IMG/VR virus record: IMGVR_UViG_3300010167_000036
Coordinates: 1-39,507 of that record
Source of the DNA: a virus
Strand: one strand, 5' to 3'
Length of the DNA: 39,507 nucleotides
The notes under the pieces are model-generated. The model saw nothing but the letters and a program-made list of their open reading frames with translations, did not search any database and was not told the DNA's origin. The translations under genes were made by a program, and so were the position numbers. Positions within the stretch are counted from its first letter, which is position 1, and the number at the start of each line of letters is the position of its first letter. This document shows positions 34,522-39,507 of the stretch, in pieces.

Positions 34522-36550
34522 CAAACAACAACCGAGTCTGTTCGCGCTGACCGCGCAGATGGAGTTCACCGCCGGAGCCGACACCGGAGACGGTAAGCCT
34601 GTCCTGCCAAGATTCAGCATGATCGCCTACACCGGCGGTCCCATGCGGATTGCGGGTTGGCGATACCCGGTGATCGTCGATCTTTCCGGGCTGTCGATTC
34701 CGTTGCAGGCTCGCCCCATTCGGCTCCAGCATGACGAGAACAAAGGTGTCGGACATACTGATTCCATTCGCGTCGAGGGTGGAAAGCTGCTCGCATCTGG
34801 CGTGATTTCGCGTGACACGGCGGACGCCAAGGAGGTCGTCACGTCGTCCCGCAACGGATTCCCGTGGCAGGCGAGCATTGGGGCGTCGGTTGATGTATCC
34901 GAATTTGTGAAAGAAAATAAGTCTGTTCTCGTGAACGGACAGACACATCACGGGCCAGTGAACGTCGTTCGAAGGGCGACACTTGGCGAGATCAGTTTTG
35001 TTGACCTTGGCGCTGATGGGAACACATCGGCCATTGCGGCCACGAAGGCCGGGGAGAACACGAGTATGAGCAAGGACGCCACCGAAACCACGGACACCAC
35101 CACGAATGCCGAGGGCACGGAAGCCCCAAAGGCAGAAGCGAAGGCGACAGGCGGCACGGACGCCGCCGCGCCTCCGATTACGGCAGCGGCAACCACGAAT
35201 GCACCCGCCGATCCCGTTGCGGAGATTCGGGCCAGCGCCGCGGCGGAAGTAAAGCGAATCGCCGATGTCCGCGCGAAGTGCGGCGACAAGCACGCCGACA
35301 TCGCCGCCAAGGCCATCGCCGAGGGTTGGGACGCGAACAAGACGGAACTTGAAGTGCTGCGTGCCAGCCGACCCGAAGCGCCCGCTGTCCATTCGCCCGA
35401 CAACGCTACCTCAACCGCTATTCTGGAGGCGGCGTGCCTGATGTCCGGCGGCATCGCGGGCAATTCGCTGCTGGACAGCCACGGCAAACAAGCCGTCGAA
35501 GCCGCCAGCAAGAAGTACAAAGGCAGCCTCGGATTACAGGAACTGCTGCTGGAAGCCGCGTGGGCGAACGGCTATACCGGAAGGACGTTCCGCGACAGCC
35601 GCGCCGTGCTGCGGTATGCCTTCGCCGGAAGCAGCATTCAGGCGCAGGGATACAGCACCATCAGTATCGGCGGGATTTTGTCGAACGTCGCCAATAAATT
35701 CCTGTTGGAGGGGTTCTTCAGCGTCGAGCGTTCATGGCGTGAAATCTGTGCGATCCGAAATGTGACGGACTTCAAAACCGTCACGAGCTACCGGCTCATC
35801 GGCGACGATATGTACGAGGAACTCACCCCCGCCGGCGAACTCAAGCACGGGACTCTCGGCGAGGAAGAGTTCACCAACAAGGCCGAGACGTATGGAAAAA
35901 TCCTCGCCATCACGCGAAAGGACATCATCAACGATGATCTCGGCGCCATCACGACCGTCCCGCGAAAGCTCGGTCGAGGCAGCGGCCTGAAGATCAATGA
36001 CGTGTTCTGGACCGTGTTCATGAACAACGGCACGTTCTTCACGGCCGGAAATCGCAACCTGAGCGAAGGCGTCGATTCGGCGCTCTCCATCGACGGTCTG
36101 ACCAAAGCGGAAACGATGTTCATGGATCAGGTGGACAGCGACGGAAAGCCCATCGGCCTGGTTCCCCAGATCATGCTGGTTCCGACGAGCCTCAGCGCCA
36201 TGGCGACCAATTTGCACCAGAGCCAGGAGCTTCGCGACAACACGACGGGCCGCGCGTCGTACCCGACGAACAACCCGCACCGGAACAAGTTCCGCCCCGT
36301 GGTCAGCCGGTATTTGAGCAACGCGAAGTACCAGGGCAACTCCAGCAAGGCGTGGTATCTGCTGGCCGATTCGATGGATTTGGCCGTGGTCGAAGTGGCG
36401 TTCCTCAATGGACAGGAGGCCCCGACTATCGAAACCGCCGACGCCGATTTCAACACGCTCGGCGTGCAGATGCGCGGCTTCCACGACTTCGGCGTGGCCA
36501 AGCAGGATTCGCGCGGCGGTGTCAAGAGCACCGGCGTCGCGGCAGCGTAG
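34505..36550 (+). CDS. prohead protease-major capsid protein fusion
   Basis: N-terminal prohead-protease-like region (PIRLQHDENKGVGHTDSIRVEGGKLLASGVISRDTADAKEVV...WQASIGASV), acidic Ala/Thr-rich linker, C-terminal capsid-like region (EELTPAGELKHGTLGEEEFTNKAETYGKILAITRKDIINDDLGAI). Confidence 0.8.
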   Translation: MTTKNSKQQPSLFALTAQMEFTAGADTGDGKPVLPRFSMIAYTGGPMRIAGWRYPVIVDLSGLSIPLQARPIRLQHDENKGVGHTDSIRVEGGKLLASGVISRDTADAKEVVTSSRNGFPWQASIGASVDVSEFVKENKSVLVNGQTHHGPVNVVRRATLGEISFVDLGADGNTSAIAATKAGENTSMSKDATETTDTTTNAEGTEAPKAEAKATGGTDAAAPPITAAATTNAPADPVAEIRASAAAEVKRIADVRAKCGDKHADIAAKAIAEGWDANKTELEVLRASRPEAPAVHSPDNATSTAILEAACLMSGGIAGNSLLDSHGKQAVEAASKKYKGSLGLQELLLEAAWANGYTGRTFRDSRAVLRYAFAGSSIQAQGYSTISIGGILSNVANKFLLEGFFSVERSWREICAIRNVTDFKTVTSYRLIGDDMYEELTPAGELKHGTLGEEEFTNKAETYGKILAITRKDIINDDLGAITTVPRKLGRGSGLKINDVFWTVFMNNGTFFTAGNRNLSEGVDSALSIDGLTKAETMFMDQVDSDGKPIGLVPQIMLVPTSLSAMATNLHQSQELRDNTTGRASYPTNNPHRNKFRPVVSRYLSNAKYQGNSSKAWYLLADSMDLAVVEVAFLNGQEAPTIETADADFNTLGVQMRGFHDFGVAKQDSRGGVKSTGVAAA

Positions 36551-36576
36551 GCAACAGATCACAACAAATAATGATT

Positions 36577-36612
36577 CCCGGCGGCGGGCAACAGATTCGA
36601 ACCGTCGCCGGG
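36577..36612. repeat. inverted repeat/hairpin between capsid and decoration genes
   Basis: CCCGGCG (36577-36583) / CGCCGGG (36606-36612). Confidence 0.5.
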
Positions 36613-36673
36613 GATGGATCGAAACACAATACAAACGTCAGGCGCACGAACGCCAGACAAGGGAGAGAACATC

Positions 36674-37012
36674 ATGGCAGCACCATTAGCTGTTTTCAGG
36701 CATGACGGAAACGCGATTAACTACACCCCGACCGTTGACGTTCCCGCCGGGTCCGTCATTGTACAGGGTTTGCTGTTGGGGATCACGGTTCGCCCGATCA
36801 AGGCGAACGAGAAAGGCAGTCTGGCAGTGGTTGGCGTGTTCCGCATGAAGAAAGTGAACGAGGCTGTCCCTGTCGGCACGCCGCTCTACTGGGACGCGAC
36901 GGCGCAGCAGGCGACGATGACGGCTGGGACTGCACCGGGCAACACGCCTCTGGGCATGAGCGTGCAGGCCGCGGCTAACACCGACGAGACGGTTGATGTG
37001 CGAATCGGGTAG
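36674..37012 (+). CDS. DUF2190-like capsid decoration protein
   Basis: INYTPTVDVPAGSVIVQGLLLGITVRPIKANEKGSLAVVGVFRMKK...VGTPLYWDATAQQATMT...GMSVQAA. Confidence 0.75.
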   Translation: MAAPLAVFRHDGNAINYTPTVDVPAGSVIVQGLLLGITVRPIKANEKGSLAVVGVFRMKKVNEAVPVGTPLYWDATAQQATMTAGTAPGNTPLGMSVQAAANTDETVDVRIG

Positions 37013-37015
37013 ATC

Positions 37016-37378
37016 ATGGACCCTACAGACTTGCTCCAATCCGGCGTGAACTGGCTTGCTGATGCTCGCGAAAAGAGTTTCAGCAGGCTGGTCACGTACC
37101 GGCGCGGCGCGGAGTCCGTGACGCTGCTGGCCACGCCTGGAAATGAGGCGTCTCCGCTCGACAGTGGCCTTGATGCAATCGAGAACATGGTGGACCGGGA
37201 TTACATGATCCGCACGTCATCACTGGTTCTTGGTGGCGTCCAGACGTTTCCGCAGCGTGGCGACGAGATCGTGGAAAACGGTGACGTGTATCAGGTGTTT
37301 GCGCCAACCGGAAAAAACGCGGCACGCGAGTCCTGCCAGTACGAGGCGACACTGCGTATCCACACAAAACGACTCTGA
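37016..37378 (+). CDS. head-tail attachment/completion-like protein
   Basis: Position and architecture after the decoration protein; SVTLLATPGNEA...GDEIVENGDVYQVFAPTG. Confidence 0.5.
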   Translation: MDPTDLLQSGVNWLADAREKSFSRLVTYRRGAESVTLLATPGNEASPLDSGLDAIENMVDRDYMIRTSSLVLGGVQTFPQRGDEIVENGDVYQVFAPTGKNAARESCQYEATLRIHTKRL

Positions 37379-37407
37379 TGCGAACGGCGAGGAAATAGGT
37401 GCAGAAC

Positions 37408-38061
37408 ATGGCTTTAAAGAAAATCGACATCGCGAACCAATCTCTCTCCATTGACGAGGATACTCGTGCATTGGCGGTAACGACTGATTTGGCGAATATC
37501 GCACCGCTTGATATTTGGAATCAGCGTCTTGCGATTGATCCGGTGTCGCGGGCGTTGGCGGTAGTTGACATCTCTGGCGGCTCTGTCGGCGGTCTCACTC
37601 CGCAGCAGGTGCAGGGGATGATCGACACGTCGATTCAGGCCGCGTTGTCCGGGCTATCGGGCCAGTATATCCCGTACGCGTACATCGGGGCGCCCGACGG
37701 CGTGGCGGCGCTGGATGCACAGGGGAATCTGCCGGGGCAGATTGTATTTTATTTCGGCGACATCGCCACCATCGGCGGATGGGTGCCGCCGATGGCGGGG
37801 CCGGTGGTGGTGACCGGGACGCCGGCCGGGAATCTGTTGCTCGTCGGCGACGGCGTGAGCACCGTGTCCGAACTCCTGACGGCCGGGTCGGCGGCGGCGA
37901 TGTCGCTGCCGCACGATCAGCATGAGCTCGTGGTGCAGGCGGTGATCGACGCCGAATCGTCCAAGACCATGCCGGTCGTCACCGACCCGCTGTCCCCGCT
38001 GACGCCGCCCGACATCACCACCACCACCACCACCACCGGCGGCGGAAAGGCGGCCACATGA
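37408..38061 (+). CDS. hypothetical virion-associated protein
   Basis: ORF (also GTG 37399); collagen-like/Gly-rich linker GAPDGVAALDAQGNLPG and Thr/Gly-rich C-terminus. Confidence 0.5.
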   Translation: MALKKIDIANQSLSIDEDTRALAVTTDLANIAPLDIWNQRLAIDPVSRALAVVDISGGSVGGLTPQQVQGMIDTSIQAALSGLSGQYIPYAYIGAPDGVAALDAQGNLPGQIVFYFGDIATIGGWVPPMAGPVVVTGTPAGNLLLVGDGVSTVSELLTAGSAAAMSLPHDQHELVVQAVIDAESSKTMPVVTDPLSPLTPPDITTTTTTTGGGKAAT

Positions 38062-38795
38062 AGATTCTGGGCACATCGACCGGCGCGAAGATCGGCGTTC
38101 GGGAACTGCCGCCGGGCCTCACGCGGCTGTCGTACATGCGGTGGGCCGGGCCGTCGAACCAGCGCGTGCTGTACGTCACGAATTTCGCGCCGAACGTCGC
38201 CAGCGGATTTCACGTCGAATTCCGGCTTCGGGCCGACGTGCCCAACAGCGCCGCGGTGACCTCCACGCATTACCTGGGCGGCATCGGATCGACGACGCAG
38301 GACAACCGCATGATCCCGCTGGCGTGGCGGCTGTCGAGCGGGGACCCGATTTTCCAGTTTTTCAACGCCGAAACGATCGCGCCAAACGCGCCGTCACTGG
38401 CGGAAATTTCGGCCGATCCCAATCGGTGGCGCACGACGACGATGAACTGGACGGGCGACGGAAAACTCACGCTGGACGGCGTGGACCTGCGCAATCTTTC
38501 GGCCCCGACGCAGACGCCCTCGGGCGCGATGTGCGGAATTGGCACGGGAAATCTGCCGTCGAGCATTTTCAGCACGAGCTATTGGCGGGGCGACATCCGG
38601 CGGTGGAAGATCAGTTCGGTCGGCGCCGTGGTCCGCGATTACGTTCCGTGCGTGGACGCCGGCGGCGTGCCGCTGTGGGCCTGCCTGCTGACGGGCCACC
38701 GGGCGTTGCGCCACCCGCAGTCGGTGGACCCCGCCGCGGTCCCGGGCCCGCCGGCATGGGCCAGCCCGATGATCGTCGGCACAGCGTATGAGTAG
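38058..38795 (+). CDS. hypothetical protein, possible lectin/LamG-like fold
   Basis: FHVEFRLRADVP...FFNAETIAPN...TMNWTGDGKLTLDG...YWRGDIRRWKISS. No clear family match by eye. Confidence 0.5.
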   Translation: MKILGTSTGAKIGVRELPPGLTRLSYMRWAGPSNQRVLYVTNFAPNVASGFHVEFRLRADVPNSAAVTSTHYLGGIGSTTQDNRMIPLAWRLSSGDPIFQFFNAETIAPNAPSLAEISADPNRWRTTTMNWTGDGKLTLDGVDLRNLSAPTQTPSGAMCGIGTGNLPSSIFSTSYWRGDIRRWKISSVGAVVRDYVPCVDAGGVPLWACLLTGHRALRHPQSVDPAAVPGPPAWASPMIVGTAYE

Positions 38796-38883
38796 GCTGT
38801 AGGCTGTAGGCTTTAGGCTGTAGGCGCCGGCTGATGACGCATTAGGCCTAAACGCTCATACCGGCGCCTACAGCCTACAGCCT
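38793..38883. repeat. TAGGCTG heptamer array forming a long inverted repeat
   Basis: Heptamers from 38793; 23-nt arms 38808-38830 and 38861-38883 with a single mismatch, 30-nt loop containing TAGGCCTA. Confidence 0.85.
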
Positions 38884-38902
38884 TCTGCACAGGAGAACGG
38901 AC

Positions 38903-39127
38903 ATGACGCTCGACGACAACGACAAAGAATGGGTGCGGCTGATCGCCCAGGCGATGATGCGGGAAACGCTGGAGGCCGCGAACGAGATGTGCCGCCAGCG
39001 CGTGGAAAAACACGTTGCCGCGTGCCCCCACGTGCAGAAACTCAAGTGGCTCTTGATCGGAGCGGGCCTCGTCGCCGGCGCGTCGGCGCAGGCCGTGTTG
39101 GACAGGGTGATTGGAATTTTTGGATAA
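38903..39127 (+). CDS. small membrane protein, phage accessory/holin-like position
   Basis: Coiled N-terminus and C-terminal hydrophobic segment LKWLLIGAGLVAGASAQAVLDRVIGIFG. Confidence 0.55.
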   Translation: MTLDDNDKEWVRLIAQAMMRETLEAANEMCRQRVEKHVAACPHVQKLKWLLIGAGLVAGASAQAVLDRVIGIFG

Positions 39128-39146
39128 ACGAAACGAAAGGACAACA

Positions 39147-39507
39147 ATGAACGTATGTGACCATATCGGCGAAGGCCGAAAACTCGCCGGGCGGATGATC
39201 GGCGTGATGCTGCTGATCCTGCTGTTGACCGTGCTGGCGGCCGCCGCGTCGGCCCAGACGACGGACCGGACTCCCGACCCCGTGTCGAACGCGGCCGGGA
39301 TTGCGTTTCGAAGCGGGCCCGACGTTCGGGTGCTTCCGGGCCCAGGGACGGCGGCCCAACCGTGGAGGCCGTTGGACGCCCTGACGCACCGGGAGTTCGC
39401 GGCCGCCAACGAGGCGGCCGCGTCCCGCGTCGTCGCGTCGCCGCCGGCGGCGTGGATCAAGACGCTGCCGTCGGACCCGGCCGCGGCATGGATCAACGTC
39501 ACCGGCC
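39147..39507 (+). CDS. partial membrane/secreted hypothetical protein, truncated by window end
   Basis: Manually read MNVCDHIGEGRKLAGRMIGVMLLILLLTVLAAAASAQTTDRTP...; open to the window edge. Confidence 0.5.
   Translation, partial: MNVCDHIGEGRKLAGRMIGVMLLILLLTVLAAAASAQTTDRTPDPVSNAAGIAFRSGPDVRVLPGPGTAAQPWRPLDALTHREFAAANEAAASRVVASPPAAWIKTLPSDPAAAWINVTG

Noticed and set aside
38141-38791. ORF 38141..38791 as a second gene overlapping 38058..38795
   Set aside because: Arg/Pro-rich shadow frame fully within 38058..38795, which has better composition and an ATGA overlap with its neighbour.
500-39502. Many long minus-strand ORFs (e.g. 3901..4950, 5857..7047, 10625..11551, 31277..32206, 35732..36634)
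   Set aside because: Each lies opposite a well-supported + strand gene and reads as repetitive R/V/H-rich sequence typical of antisense frames in GC-rich DNA; none shows recognisable family motifs.
1-39507. CRISPR array, diversity-generating retroelement, transposase or integrase
   Set aside because: Looked for regularly spaced 24-40-nt direct repeats, reverse transcriptase motifs (YxDD) and recombinase motifs; none recognised. The short 7-8-nt arrays at 5784 and 38793 have no spacers.

Overview
The window looks like a tailed (siphovirus-like) phage or prophage segment. The supportable genes are essentially all on the + strand and tightly packed, with many ATGA/GTGA start-stop overlaps. From left to right it contains: (1) an early region with an excisionase-like HTH protein, tRNA-Gly(TCC), an isolated DUF5309/SU10-type capsid homologue, a truncated-looking N6-MTase, a YqaJ-type exonuclease with a putative partner annealing protein, Dam, a DUF5131 (Gp37/Gp68) gene with an apparent frame break, and a repeat-rich C5-MTase; (2) an unusual cassette with a PAPS-reductase-like PP-loop protein, an acyl carrier protein, and two domain-shuffled paralogues flanking a membrane protein; (3) a run of small, often Cys-rich orphan genes, with RusA, a radical SAM protein, a replication-initiator-like protein and DnaB; (4) an AT-rich promoter and structured non-coding region in front of a DUF932 gene, followed by an HTH+AAA clamp-loader-like protein, DUF488, an antirestriction-MTase-like protein and a ParB-like protein; (5) a lambda-type head module (TerL, Zn ribbon, tRNA-Met, gpW-like, portal, protease-capsid fusion, DUF2190-like decoration protein, head-tail genes). 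The most interesting points are two unrelated capsid-type genes in one segment, the PP-loop/ACP/C5-MTase/shuffled-paralogue cassette, the DUF932 locus bracketed by related hairpins, tRNAs abutting virion genes, and an N6-MTase-like protein that stops before its catalytic motif. All family names come from motif recognition by eye; no database search was run.
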